Below, piece by piece: positions 17,756 to 27,366 of a DNA stretch of 64,000 nucleotides; position 1 is the first letter of the stretch; every line of letters starts with the position of its first letter. The DNA comes from an uncultured Candidatus Saccharibacteria bacterium. Its GTDB lineage: Bacteria > Patescibacteriota > Minisyncoccia > Phycocordibacterales > DATDWN01. The stretch lies in assembly GCA_964576615.1 (NCBI GenBank), contig CAZNUU010000001.1:31309-95308 (forward strand), given 5' to 3'. Both the position numbers and the translations under genes were made by a program. The notes beneath the pieces were generated by a model, which had not been told where the DNA came from, searched no databases, and saw only the letters and a list, made by a program, of their open reading frames with translations.

Positions 17756-19051
17756 ATGATCAAGCGAATTTATAATAAAGAAATTGGCAGTCACGTTGGA
17801 GAAGAGATCTCTGTGGTTGGTTTTGTGCAAACACTTCGGGTCCAAAGTAAGATAATATTTATCGTATCACGAGATGTATCGGGTGTGATTCAAAATGTAA
17901 TTGAGGCATCAAGTCCGGCTTTTGAAGTTGCAAGAAATTTGTCGCTTGAATCAGTTGTTAGAATTACCGGAACAGTCAAGGAATCGAAGCAGGCTCCCGG
18001 TGGTGCGGAAGTGAATGTTTCCAGTATCGAGGTTTTATCAGTTGCAGCACCAGAATTACCGATTCCGGTTGTGATAAAGGGCGGAGATGAAGAAACCGAA
18101 GCGCCCACCAGATTCGATTTTCGTTGGATTGACCTACGTAAACCAGAAAAGACGAAAATATTTGAAGTTTGGACAGAGCTGGAAAAAGGCTTCAGGAAAT
18201 ACTGGAATGAAAATAATTTTATTCAGCTTTATTCACCTAATTTTTTACAGACTCAGTCAGAGTCTGGCGCTGAAGTTTTTACAGTGAATTACTTTGATCG
18301 CAAGGCTTATCTTCCCCAATCACCCCAATTCTACAAACAAATGGGTATGGCATCAGGTTTCGAGAGAGTTTTTATGGTTGGGCCGGTCTTCAGAGCTGAG
18401 CCATCATTTACGACTCGTCATTTAACGGAGTTTACCGGCTGGGACTTTGAAATCTCGTACATTGAAAGTCATAATGATGTTATGGATGAGGAAGAGGGAA
18501 TGATAGTCGAGGGGTTTAAGGCGGTTCTAGAGAAATTTCCAGATATAGGCATAACTGTGCCAGAGAGACCCTTCCCGAGAATTACGATGGTTGAGACAAA
18601 AAAAATTCTTGCTGAAAAAGGTATACCTAGTGGGGAAAATTATGATCTTTCACCAGAGGAAGAAAGAGCAATTAGTGAATATGTGAAAGAAAAGTATAAT
18701 CACGAGTTTGTTTTTATTACCGAGTATCACAAATCCAAAAGTGCGTTTTATCACATGAGGCTTAAGGAGGGAAGTGACCACTCACGACGTGCTGATCTAC
18801 TGTATCGTGGGCTTGAAGTCACCACCTTGGCCCAGCGCGAACATAGGCCGGATATTTTAGTTAAGCAATTAGAAGAGAAGGGAATGTCCCGTGAAGCCCA
18901 CAAGGATTTTATCAATTTCTTCAGTTATGGATGTCCTCCACACGGTGGTGCAGGTATCGGACCAGGAAGGTTTATTATGAAAATCTTGGATTTACCAAAC
19001 GTGAGAGAAGCTACATACCTACCTCGTGATGTTAAGAGATTGAATCCGTAA
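17756..19051 (+). CDS. aspS: Aspartate--tRNA(Asp/Asn) ligase, archaeal/non-discriminating type
   Basis: OB-fold N-terminus, QSPQFYKQ, FRAEPSFTTRHLTEF, PPHGGAGIG; short form without a GAD domain. Confidence 0.93.
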   Translation: MIKRIYNKEIGSHVGEEISVVGFVQTLRVQSKIIFIVSRDVSGVIQNVIEASSPAFEVARNLSLESVVRITGTVKESKQAPGGAEVNVSSIEVLSVAAPELPIPVVIKGGDEETEAPTRFDFRWIDLRKPEKTKIFEVWTELEKGFRKYWNENNFIQLYSPNFLQTQSESGAEVFTVNYFDRKAYLPQSPQFYKQMGMASGFERVFMVGPVFRAEPSFTTRHLTEFTGWDFEISYIESHNDVMDEEEGMIVEGFKAVLEKFPDIGITVPERPFPRITMVETKKILAEKGIPSGENYDLSPEEERAISEYVKEKYNHEFVFITEYHKSKSAFYHMRLKEGSDHSRRADLLYRGLEVTTLAQREHRPDILVKQLEEKGMSREAHKDFINFFSYGCPPHGGAGIGPGRFIMKILDLPNVREATYLPRDVKRLNP

Positions 19052-19061
19052 AATATTTCGC

Positions 19062-19261
19062 AATGTATTTTTAAAAGCAATCTATCTAGGCCTGCTGGCC
19101 TAGCGAACTTCTCGTCGCTCAAGAAAATAATGCGCAAATGAGACTTAGCTTCTCGGCAAACTCGCTCCTGCCTGCGCAGGCAGGTCGCTCAAACAGTGCC
19201 TTCAGCTTTCTCATTTGCTGTTATTTTCTAAGCTCCTGCGAAAGGCTTTTAAAAATACATT
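19062..19261. repeat. Long imperfect inverted-repeat (MITE-like) element with palindromic apex
   Basis: 17-bp terminal inverted repeat aatgtatttttaaaagc; inner arms agaaaataa..gcaaatgaga / tctcatttgc..ttattttct; apex cctgcctgcgcaggcagg. Confidence 0.8.
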
Positions 19262-19322
19262 ACTCATTGCGATTGGCGCAAAACGAAAGACCGCATGTGG
19301 AGGCTATCACATGCGGTCTCAA

Positions 19323-19700
19323 TTATTTCTTGTACCAGTCTGGCCAAGCATTCTCCGGTGGAACCCCTTTTCTGAAGTTTACCTTTGCCTGGTCAAACGC
19401 CAGCTTGGTCTTGTGGTCCAGCCGTGTTCCCAATGGGATGCCCAGGATCTCCCGTAAGGCCACGTCAATGTGGTGCCAACCCTTTTTCCAAATGTTTTTG
19501 CTCTCCAGAAAAAGGGGGTTTTGGACCTGGACCAAGTCACCCAGGAAAGGGTAAGCCTCGTACTTGTCGCTCGGCAAATGCTTCTGAGGGGCCTTCTTGT
19601 CGTTCTTGAGTCGTCTCACCCAAAGAAGGCTTCTGCCGTAGAAGAAAACGTTCTTGGTACTCAGAAGCATTGCTCTCATCTGGTATTCGGTCAGCCTCAT
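19323..19700 (-). CDS. Hypothetical basic protein (GC-rich cassette)
   Basis: AAAGGAGGT SD, TTGACT upstream, terminator gaccgcatgtg..cacatgcggtc at about 19289-19318. Confidence 0.7.
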   Translation of the reverse strand: MRLTEYQMRAMLLSTKNVFFYGRSLLWVRRLKNDKKAPQKHLPSDKYEAYPFLGDLVQVQNPLFLESKNIWKKGWHHIDVALREILGIPLGTRLDHKTKLAFDQAKVNFRKGVPPENAWPDWYKK

Positions 19701-19794
19701 TGGTACCTCCTTTCGTTATTTAATCATAAAAATTTGTTCAAGTCAATTATCAAGAATTCTTTCAAATTAAGGCTTTTTTGATAAAATTAAGGAA

Positions 19795-20526
19795 ATGGAA
19801 AGCTCTTATAATGTAAAAACACACGTCTTTGAGGGACCGTTAGAGACCCTCCTATCCCTCATCGAGAAAAGAAAACTTTTTATAAATGACATTTCTCTTG
19901 CCCAGGTAGCCGATGACTACATTGCTTATGTGAAGTCACTCTCAGATTTTCCTATTGCCGACTCTGCTCATTTTGTACTTATTGCTTCTACACTTGTACT
20001 AATAAAGTCCAAATCTCTTTTACCATCGCTAACTCTTACTGAGGAGGAACAACATAGTATCGAGGATTTAGAGGCAAGGCTTAAAGAATATCAGAAATAT
20101 AAGGAGTTAAGTAAACATTTACGCGAAAGATTTGGTATTCAGGTTGAGTATTTGCGACAGCCTAGCAAAGACCAAATTGTCGTCTTTACCCCAGATAAAA
20201 ATATTTCAGTTGCAAGAATAGAAGAAACAATTAGGTCAGTTTTACTAAATATTCCTAAAAAAGAACTATTACCAAAAACAGTTGTCCAAAAAGTTATTTC
20301 GCTTGAGGAGATGATTGATGACCTCACCACGCGTATTACCTCTAGTATGAAAATGAGCTTCAAGGACTTTTCTGGTATGGGCAAGAGTGAAAAAGTGAAC
20401 GTGATTGTGAGTTTCCTCGCTATGCTCGAGCTAGTAAAACAGGGTATTATACAAGTTAAGCAAGATGAACATTTTCACGATATAGAAATGGAGACGCAGA
20501 GTGTCGGTGTACCAACTTATAATTAG
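19795..20526 (+). CDS. scpA: Segregation and condensation protein A
   Basis: FEGPLETLL.LI; C-terminal VSFLAMLELVKQG. Confidence 0.95.
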   Translation: MESSYNVKTHVFEGPLETLLSLIEKRKLFINDISLAQVADDYIAYVKSLSDFPIADSAHFVLIASTLVLIKSKSLLPSLTLTEEEQHSIEDLEARLKEYQKYKELSKHLRERFGIQVEYLRQPSKDQIVVFTPDKNISVARIEETIRSVLLNIPKKELLPKTVVQKVISLEEMIDDLTTRITSSMKMSFKDFSGMGKSEKVNVIVSFLAMLELVKQGIIQVKQDEHFHDIEMETQSVGVPTYN

Positions 20527-20527
20527 A

Positions 20528-20650
20528 ATGAAATTTTATTTTTCATCATATTTCTCTGAGAGCACGGATAAATTTTTGCTAAAATTTTCCTCGTGCTCGC
20601 GCCGTCGCGCTCCCAAGGCTCTCTTCGAAATACGATTCAACAAAAATTTC
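20528..20650. mobile_element. Hairpin insertion element flanked by a 7-bp direct repeat (AATTAGA)
   Basis: gaaatttt...aaaatttc ends, nested arms, AATTAGA at 20521 and 20651. Confidence 0.6.
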
Positions 20651-20656
20651 AATTAG

Positions 20657-21241
20657 ATGACACAAGATCTTTCTCGAAAAATTGAGGCGGCACTTTTTTA
20701 TCTTGGAGAGCCAGTTTCTATTAATTTTTTATCAAAGACTTTGGAAGTTTCGAAGAAAGAGCTTGAAAAAGCTTTAGATGAATTAAAGACTAACTTAGCG
20801 GAGAGGGGATTAAGGTTGGTAACACATGAGGATGAGGTCAGCTTGGTTACAGCCCCAGAACTTTCGAGTTTGGTTGAAAAAATTATAAAAGATGAGAGGG
20901 AAAGGGATTTGGGACGAGCAGGAATTGAGACTCTATCCATAATTGCCTACAAAGGGCCAGTTAGTAAGAAAGAGATTGAATATATAAGAGGAGTGAATTC
21001 ACAATATGCCTTGCGAAATCTACTTTTGCGAGGGCTTGTGGAAAGAAAGACAAGTAAAGATGACGAGCGTGTGGTAGTCTATAATATTACTGGTGATACA
21101 TTAAGATTTCTGGGGTTGAGTAAGGTTTCTGATTTACCAGAGTATGGTGATATGAAGAAACAACTAATAGCCCCGACGCCCGAAGAGGTCGGGGGGCCGA
21201 CTGAAAACGTCGGCCAAGAAACAGAAAATCATGGAGAGTGA
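20657..21241 (+). CDS. scpB: SMC-Scp complex subunit ScpB
   Basis: IEAALF..GEP, ETLSIIAYKGPVSK.EIEYIRGVNS. Confidence 0.95.
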   Translation: MTQDLSRKIEAALFYLGEPVSINFLSKTLEVSKKELEKALDELKTNLAERGLRLVTHEDEVSLVTAPELSSLVEKIIKDERERDLGRAGIETLSIIAYKGPVSKKEIEYIRGVNSQYALRNLLLRGLVERKTSKDDERVVVYNITGDTLRFLGLSKVSDLPEYGDMKKQLIAPTPEEVGGPTENVGQETENHGE

Positions 21242-22184
21242 AGAAAACATGCCTGCGCATGCAGGAATCGGCACTGGTTTACTGGCCTTTAATGCTTTTT
21301 TGGTTTTGGGAGTAGTGGGGATGGCCTTTCTTATTTATGGTGTCCTACATGAACCGAAAAGAAACGAGGTAGCGCAAACGCGCGAAACAGTTTCGCATGT
21401 ATTTGATGATGTAAATGTTATAGCCAAGGCGGCATATGTATTTGACCTAAGTACCAACGAGGTACTTTATAAAAAAAATGAACAAGCTCAATTGCCCCTA
21501 GCTTCCATCACCAAACTAATGATGGCCTTAACTGCAATGGACTTGGCTAAAAAAGATTCTAGAATCACGATAAAAAAAGAATTTATGCAAGAGGATGGGG
21601 ATAATGGACTTTTGGTTGATGAGTCATGGAAATTAAAAGACCTTCTAGACTTTTCCTTGGTCGTCTCGTCCAATGATGGGGCCAGATCTGTAGCTTCCGT
21701 TATTGGAGCCTTGGATCTCAAGTCCAATGATTACAATTTAGGTAGAAAGGAGTTTGTGACTAGAATGAATATTTTGGCAAAAAAAATTGGTTTAAAGCAA
21801 ACATATTTTGTAAACGAGGACGGGTTAGATGAGGGTAGTGTTAGTGGCGGGTATGGTTCTGCTCAAGATGTGGCGAAACTCCTTGGTTATATTTTGAAGA
21901 ATAATCCTGATTTAGTGGAAGCAACAAAATATCCGACTCTCACAATCAATTCTGGTAATAAATCTCACACTGTTAAAAATACCAACTCAGATGTAGTGGA
22001 GATCCCTGGTTTACTTGCCTCAAAGACAGGATACACCTCGATGGCTGGAGGAAATCTAGCTGTAGCTTTTGACTCGTCCATCGGCCGGCCGATAGTTGTG
22101 GTTGTTTTGGGCTCGACTCAGGAAGGCAGGTTCAGTGATGTGAGTGCGCTTGTAAATGCAAGTCTGAATTATATTAGGGAATAA
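21231..22184 (+). CDS. D-alanyl-D-alanine carboxypeptidase (peptidase S11)
   Basis: SxxK (ASITK), SxN (SSN), KTG; N-terminal TM. Confidence 0.92.
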   Translation: MESEENMPAHAGIGTGLLAFNAFLVLGVVGMAFLIYGVLHEPKRNEVAQTRETVSHVFDDVNVIAKAAYVFDLSTNEVLYKKNEQAQLPLASITKLMMALTAMDLAKKDSRITIKKEFMQEDGDNGLLVDESWKLKDLLDFSLVVSSNDGARSVASVIGALDLKSNDYNLGRKEFVTRMNILAKKIGLKQTYFVNEDGLDEGSVSGGYGSAQDVAKLLGYILKNNPDLVEATKYPTLTINSGNKSHTVKNTNSDVVEIPGLLASKTGYTSMAGGNLAVAFDSSIGRPIVVVVLGSTQEGRFSDVSALVNASLNYIRE

Positions 22185-22185
22185 G

Positions 22186-23298
22186 ATGAAATCGAAAGAC
22201 ATCATAAAGAAAATCTTAGATCGTGCGGATATTAGGATAAATGGTGATAGAGATTACGATATACAGGTATTTGATGAAAGACTTTGGGATCGAGTACTAA
22301 CAAAAGGGAGTTTGGGCCTGGGAGAAGCATATATGGATAAGTGGTGGGAGTGTGAAAGATTGGACGAATTTATTTATAGAATACTAAGGTTTAGCGACAA
22401 AGATGCTGTAGATAAAAACTTGTCGACGTTATTTCATTTACTAAAAGGCAGGATTTTTAATTTACAAAACAAAAGAAGATCAAGAGAGGTTATAGACGAG
22501 CACTACGACCTAGGTAATGATTTGTATATGTCTTTCCTTGACCCATATAATCAGTATACCTGTGGATATTTTAAAAATACGGACGATCTGAACAAGGCCC
22601 AAGAACAAAAGCTCGACTTGATCTGCCGGAAACTGAAACTAAAGAAGACAGATAGGGTTCTGGATATTGGTTGTGGCTGGGGAGGATTTGCAAAATATGC
22701 CTCTCAACATTATGGTTGTCATGTCACAGGAATAAGTATTTCTGACGAACAAATAAAATATGCAAAAGAATTTACAAAAGGATTACCAGTAGAGATTATC
22801 AAAATGGACTATCGAGATATTTCAGGTCACTATGACAAAATTCTTATTTGTGGCATGATCGAACACGTTGGATACAAAAATTATAATAAAATATTTCAAA
22901 TTGTTAGAAAAAATATTAAAGAAGATGGATTATTCCTGCTGCACACAATTGGAAATTACATCTCAGTAAAGATCGGCGAGCCTTGGCTAGATAAGTATAT
23001 ATTTCCAAATGGAATGGTTCCGGGTCCGAGGCAGATTGCGATTGGCACAGAGGGTAAATTTGTTATGGAGGATTGGCATAACTTTGGTCAGTATTATGAT
23101 CAAACTACAATGGCCTGGTGGAAAAATTTCGATAAAGCCTGGCCCAAACTAAAAGATAAATACGGTGATAGATTTTATAGGATGTTCAGGTATTACTTAC
23201 TATCATGTGCTGGGGCATGGAGAGCTAGAGATGTTCAACTATGGCAAATTGTTTTTTCTCCAAGAGGGGTTATTGGAGGATACGAATCCGAAAGGTAG
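22186..23298 (+). CDS. cfa: Cyclopropane fatty acyl phospholipid synthase
   Basis: GSLGLGEAYM, HYDLGNDLY, LDIGCGWGG, YIFPNG. Confidence 0.95.
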   Translation: MKSKDIIKKILDRADIRINGDRDYDIQVFDERLWDRVLTKGSLGLGEAYMDKWWECERLDEFIYRILRFSDKDAVDKNLSTLFHLLKGRIFNLQNKRRSREVIDEHYDLGNDLYMSFLDPYNQYTCGYFKNTDDLNKAQEQKLDLICRKLKLKKTDRVLDIGCGWGGFAKYASQHYGCHVTGISISDEQIKYAKEFTKGLPVEIIKMDYRDISGHYDKILICGMIEHVGYKNYNKIFQIVRKNIKEDGLFLLHTIGNYISVKIGEPWLDKYIFPNGMVPGPRQIAIGTEGKFVMEDWHNFGQYYDQTTMAWWKNFDKAWPKLKDKYGDRFYRMFRYYLLSCAGAWRARDVQLWQIVFSPRGVIGGYESER

Positions 23299-23325
23299 TT
23301 TGCTTGAAAACAGTTTTTAACTCGA

Positions 23326-24231
23326 ATGAATAAGGTAGTTATATATTTTGCAGGTGGCACAATGAGAGGAGTGTTCGGGGCCGGTGTAGCTGCTGCTTTT
23401 GAAAAAAATAACATCTATGAAAGAGTCGAAGCTATTTACTGCGCATCTGCCGGCGTGATGACAGCGGCATATTTTATTGCGAGGCAGACTGAATTTGGTG
23501 CCTCTATTTATTGGGAAAACTTAAATAATAGCTTTATTTCGAAAAAGGATTTTGCTATCGGGGTGTGGCAGCGTTTTCAAAGTAAATTTATTAGACATGT
23601 TCCTGACCATAGGCTGCATGATGCAGTGAATATCGACTATCTTATAGATGTCGTAAGGAATAAAAAAATACTTAAAGTTGAAAAAATTCTTTCTCAGAAT
23701 ATACCAATCAATGTAAAACTTTTTAACCTTGATTCACACAGTATTGAATATATTGATGCGCGCCGTCCAGATATCTTTGAGGTTCTAAGGGCGGGATTAA
23801 ATGTTTTTCCTTATGTTCATGAAGTTTCAGTCATTGATAACAAAAAACTTATTGATGCAGCGATAATCGACATTATCGGAGCAGAATTTTTGAGAAAAAA
23901 GCATCCGAATCAAAAAATAATTGTTGTAATGAACGGACAAGTAGACAGAAAGTTACGATACAGAATAAAAAATATCATTGAAGGAAAATTTATGAAATGG
24001 ATGTTTGATGACAATAAATTGTATGAATTGTATGCTCATGCTGAAGATAAACTACAACAGGACCTTCAAATAATTAAATCAGACCCAAATTTTGTGCTAG
24101 TAAAACCAGGTGAGGAAATACCAGTCTTATCACGGACGACAGACAAAGAACGGCTATTATACACATACAATCTTGGTCTCAAGGCTAGTCAGGAGGCTCT
24201 TAAGAAGATTTGGTTCGATACCACGATCTAA
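23326..24231 (+). CDS. Patatin-like phospholipase family protein
   Basis: GGTMRGVFGAG, variant nucleophile elbow CASAG, DAA in place of DGG. Confidence 0.8.
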   Translation: MNKVVIYFAGGTMRGVFGAGVAAAFEKNNIYERVEAIYCASAGVMTAAYFIARQTEFGASIYWENLNNSFISKKDFAIGVWQRFQSKFIRHVPDHRLHDAVNIDYLIDVVRNKKILKVEKILSQNIPINVKLFNLDSHSIEYIDARRPDIFEVLRAGLNVFPYVHEVSVIDNKKLIDAAIIDIIGAEFLRKKHPNQKIIVVMNGQVDRKLRYRIKNIIEGKFMKWMFDDNKLYELYAHAEDKLQQDLQIIKSDPNFVLVKPGEEIPVLSRTTDKERLLYTYNLGLKASQEALKKIWFDTTI

Positions 24232-24287
24232 GTGATAAATTAGCCATATTTTTGGACATATTTTGGCTATTTAGCTATACTCAAGCA

Positions 24288-26126
24288 ATGTGTGGTATAG
24301 CGGGCATAATTGACCCAAAACTGGCCAAAAAGGACAAGATTATAGGCAATATGGTCAAGGTAATAACTTACCGGGGGCCAGATGATGATGGCTATTTTGT
24401 CGACAAACACGTGGGTCTAGGCATGAGGAGACTCGCGATTATTGACCTCAAAACTGGTAGGCAGCCTATAACTTCTCACGACGAAAAACTCCTCATTTTT
24501 TTTAATGGCGAAATCTATAATTATCAAGATTTACGACTTGAGCTGGTAAAAAAGGGCTACGAGTTTAAGACTAACTCTGACACAGAAACTATTTTGCATT
24601 TATATGAGGAGTATGGAGAAAAAATGTTGCCAAAACTACGCGGTATGTTTACTTTTTGTATCTACGATACAGAGAAAAAAGAGATTTTTCTAGCTAGAGA
24701 TTTTTTCGGCATAAAACCACTTTATTACCTTACAGAGGGGGAGAGAATAACGGCTTTTTCATCCGAAATAAAAAGTTTTCTAACTATTCCAGGGTTTAAG
24801 TCAGAGATAAATGATTCAGCGATTTATAATTATCTCTCATTTCAATACAATCCACTCACCGAGACTTTCTGGAAAGGTGTTTATAAATTACCACCCGCAC
24901 ATTTTATAAAAATTGATCTGGTTACCAATAAAACAGAAATAAAAAAATATTGGGAGTTCAAATTTGATCCAGAAAATAATTTAGATAGAGAAAAAACAAC
25001 AGAAGAAATATACAGCAGAGTAGAAGACTCCGTGGCACATCACATGATCGCGGACGTTCCGGTCGGGGCTTTCCTTTCGGGCGGAGTCGATTCCAGTGTT
25101 ATCACGACATTAATGCAGAAGGTTCGCGGCGATAAGAAGGTGAAGACATTTACTGTCGGTTTCGATTCCTTAACTGAAGGCAGAGAGTCAAAAGAGACAT
25201 CTGATTTTCTAGAGACAGATCACAAAGAAATAACAGTTACTAAAGACGAGTATTTTGCAGCTCTGGAAGATGCCGTCTACCACTTCGACGAACCAGTTGC
25301 AGATCCCTCAGCAATCGGAATTTATTTTCTAGCGCGTGAGGCCAAAAAGCACGTAAAAGTTGTCCTTTCGGGCGAAGGTTCTGATGAGTTATTTGGTGGA
25401 TACAATATTTATCTTGCCCCATATTCGAGCGGCAAGCTTGCTTGGCTACCAAAGTTCTTAACCAAACTTGTTTTATCCTTGCCTTTTGAATTTACTGGGA
25501 AAAACTACCTAAAAAGAGTTCACCTGAAATTGGAAGACTGGTATTTTGGCCAGAAATATTTTAATCAATCTATATTTGATAGATCAGAAATTGAAAAAAT
25601 GTGGAAGGGGCAAGGACAGAAATTTATGTCGTTAAAATCATTGTATAAGCCAACAGAAGAATTATCTGATTCCACAAAGATGCAATATGCAGATATAAAT
25701 ACCTGGTTGGTCGGCGATATTTTGGCCAAAGCAGATAAGATGACCATGGCTCATTCTCTAGAACTTCGAGTGCCTTTTTTAGACAAAGAAGTGGCTAAAA
25801 TAGCAGCAATTTTGCCGGATAAGTTCAAATGGGAGAGGGAAGTGACAAAATACATATTTCGAGAGGCATTTAGGAATATTATTCCCGAATCAACCAGGAA
25901 TCGAAAAAAACTTGGATTTCCGACACCAATAAGATCATGGCTTAATCAAGATAGTACACAGGTGTATAACACGATCTTAGAGAATACATACATAAAAGAA
26001 AATTTAAATGTTAACTATATTCAGAAATTAATCGACAACCATGTCTCAAAAAAAGAGGATAATTCCAGGAAAATATATACGCTCCTCATGCTTGCTTTGT
26101 GGTACAATGTTTTTATAGAAAAATGA
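24288..26126 (+). CDS. asnB: Asparagine synthase (glutamine-hydrolysing) family amidotransferase
   Basis: MCGIAG N-terminus, RGPD, FNGEIYN, LSGGVDSS, SGEGSDELFGGY. Confidence 0.93.
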   Translation: MCGIAGIIDPKLAKKDKIIGNMVKVITYRGPDDDGYFVDKHVGLGMRRLAIIDLKTGRQPITSHDEKLLIFFNGEIYNYQDLRLELVKKGYEFKTNSDTETILHLYEEYGEKMLPKLRGMFTFCIYDTEKKEIFLARDFFGIKPLYYLTEGERITAFSSEIKSFLTIPGFKSEINDSAIYNYLSFQYNPLTETFWKGVYKLPPAHFIKIDLVTNKTEIKKYWEFKFDPENNLDREKTTEEIYSRVEDSVAHHMIADVPVGAFLSGGVDSSVITTLMQKVRGDKKVKTFTVGFDSLTEGRESKETSDFLETDHKEITVTKDEYFAALEDAVYHFDEPVADPSAIGIYFLAREAKKHVKVVLSGEGSDELFGGYNIYLAPYSSGKLAWLPKFLTKLVLSLPFEFTGKNYLKRVHLKLEDWYFGQKYFNQSIFDRSEIEKMWKGQGQKFMSLKSLYKPTEELSDSTKMQYADINTWLVGDILAKADKMTMAHSLELRVPFLDKEVAKIAAILPDKFKWEREVTKYIFREAFRNIIPESTRNRKKLGFPTPIRSWLNQDSTQVYNTILENTYIKENLNVNYIQKLIDNHVSKKEDNSRKIYTLLMLALWYNVFIEK

Positions 26127-26127
26127 G

Positions 26128-26299
26128 ATGAAATTTCTTTCTCACCGAGTCATATTTAGAGACGTTTGCCTTTCCAGCGAAAGGCTCACTCTAGTCCTCG
26201 GTCGCAATATGTCAATGAGCCAAAGCATTGCCTTGGACTTTGACAAAACCATGCTAGAGGCCTGCGGATGCTCTAAAAATGACTCGGTTCAACGAAATT
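26128..26299. repeat. Long-hairpin intergenic element related to those at 20528 and 57262
   Basis: aatttc..accgagtcat..tttagag / ctctaaa..atgactcggt..gaaatt arms. Confidence 0.75.
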
Positions 26300-26303
26300 A
26301 CTT

Positions 26304-27362
26304 ATGAACTTCGATGTGATAAAAGTGATTGTTCCGTCTGTTTTGACATTTCTATTTGGTATTGCAATTACTCCTTTTTTCTCTGATCTTTTTTATAAAT
26401 ATAAAATGTGGAAGAAGACTCCGCGCACTGAAGCCGGGGACATAACCAATACCCACTTTGAAAATATTCACAACACCGCTTCAGAGATTTCTACCCCTCG
26501 CATCGGCGGCGTAATAATTTGGGTCTCAGTTTTAATCACTGTTTTTGTCATTTACATACTTTCCCTTATTCTTCCTAATGAGCTTACTCTCAAACTCAAT
26601 TTTTTTAGCCGAAGCCAGACGTTTGTACCCTTAGGGACATTGATTTTAGCCAGCGTAATAGGCCTTTTAGATGACTTCATTCAGATCTTTGGGAAGGGTG
26701 GCTATGCTAGGGATCCTCTAGTATACAGAAAAATAAAAGTGCTCTGTGTCCTCATCATCGGCCTTGCTATTGGTTACTGGTTTTACGATAAACTCCAAGC
26801 TACATCAATTCATATTCCGTTCGACGGTGAACTTGATCTTGGCTTCTGGTTCATACCTTTTTTTATCTTGGTGATGTTAGGAGTTTTTTCTTCAAGTGTG
26901 ATTGATGGAATGGATGGACTATCTGGCGGTGTTTTGGGTGTGATCTTTAGTGCGTATGCGGTTATTGCTTTTGTCCACAATCAATTTGATATTGCCGCTC
27001 TTTGTGCCGTTATCGTTGGAGGGATATTGGCATTTTTATGGTTCAATATCCCTCCCGCGAGATTTTATATGGGTGAAACAGGAATCATGGGATTAACCAT
27101 CACACTATCTGTAATAGCTTTTTTAACCAATTCTGTTTTAGTTTTGCCGATAATTGCTATACCACTCGTGGCTACTTCACTGTCCGTTATCCTTCAGACA
27201 ACTAGTTACAAATATTTCGGTGGGCGCAGAGTCTTTAGAGTTGCGCCACTGCATCATCATTTTGAAGCTTTAGGCTGGCCGAGAGAAAAAGTTGTGATGC
27301 GGTATTGGATAATTAGCGTGATGTTTGCTGTAACAGGGGTAATTTTTGCATTAGTCAGTTAA
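26304..27362 (+). CDS. mraY: Phospho-N-acetylmuramoyl-pentapeptide transferase
   Basis: TPRIGG, GLLDD, IDGMDGL, FNIPPARFYMGETG, APLHHHFE. Confidence 0.95.
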   Translation: MNFDVIKVIVPSVLTFLFGIAITPFFSDLFYKYKMWKKTPRTEAGDITNTHFENIHNTASEISTPRIGGVIIWVSVLITVFVIYILSLILPNELTLKLNFFSRSQTFVPLGTLILASVIGLLDDFIQIFGKGGYARDPLVYRKIKVLCVLIIGLAIGYWFYDKLQATSIHIPFDGELDLGFWFIPFFILVMLGVFSSSVIDGMDGLSGGVLGVIFSAYAVIAFVHNQFDIAALCAVIVGGILAFLWFNIPPARFYMGETGIMGLTITLSVIAFLTNSVLVLPIIAIPLVATSLSVILQTTSYKYFGGRRVFRVAPLHHHFEALGWPREKVVMRYWIISVMFAVTGVIFALVS

Positions 27363-27366
27363 TCTA

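Noticed and set aside
19138-19554. 138-aa ORF containing LPAQAG
   Set aside because: Reads through the hairpin repeat and is antisense to the 19323-19700 gene.
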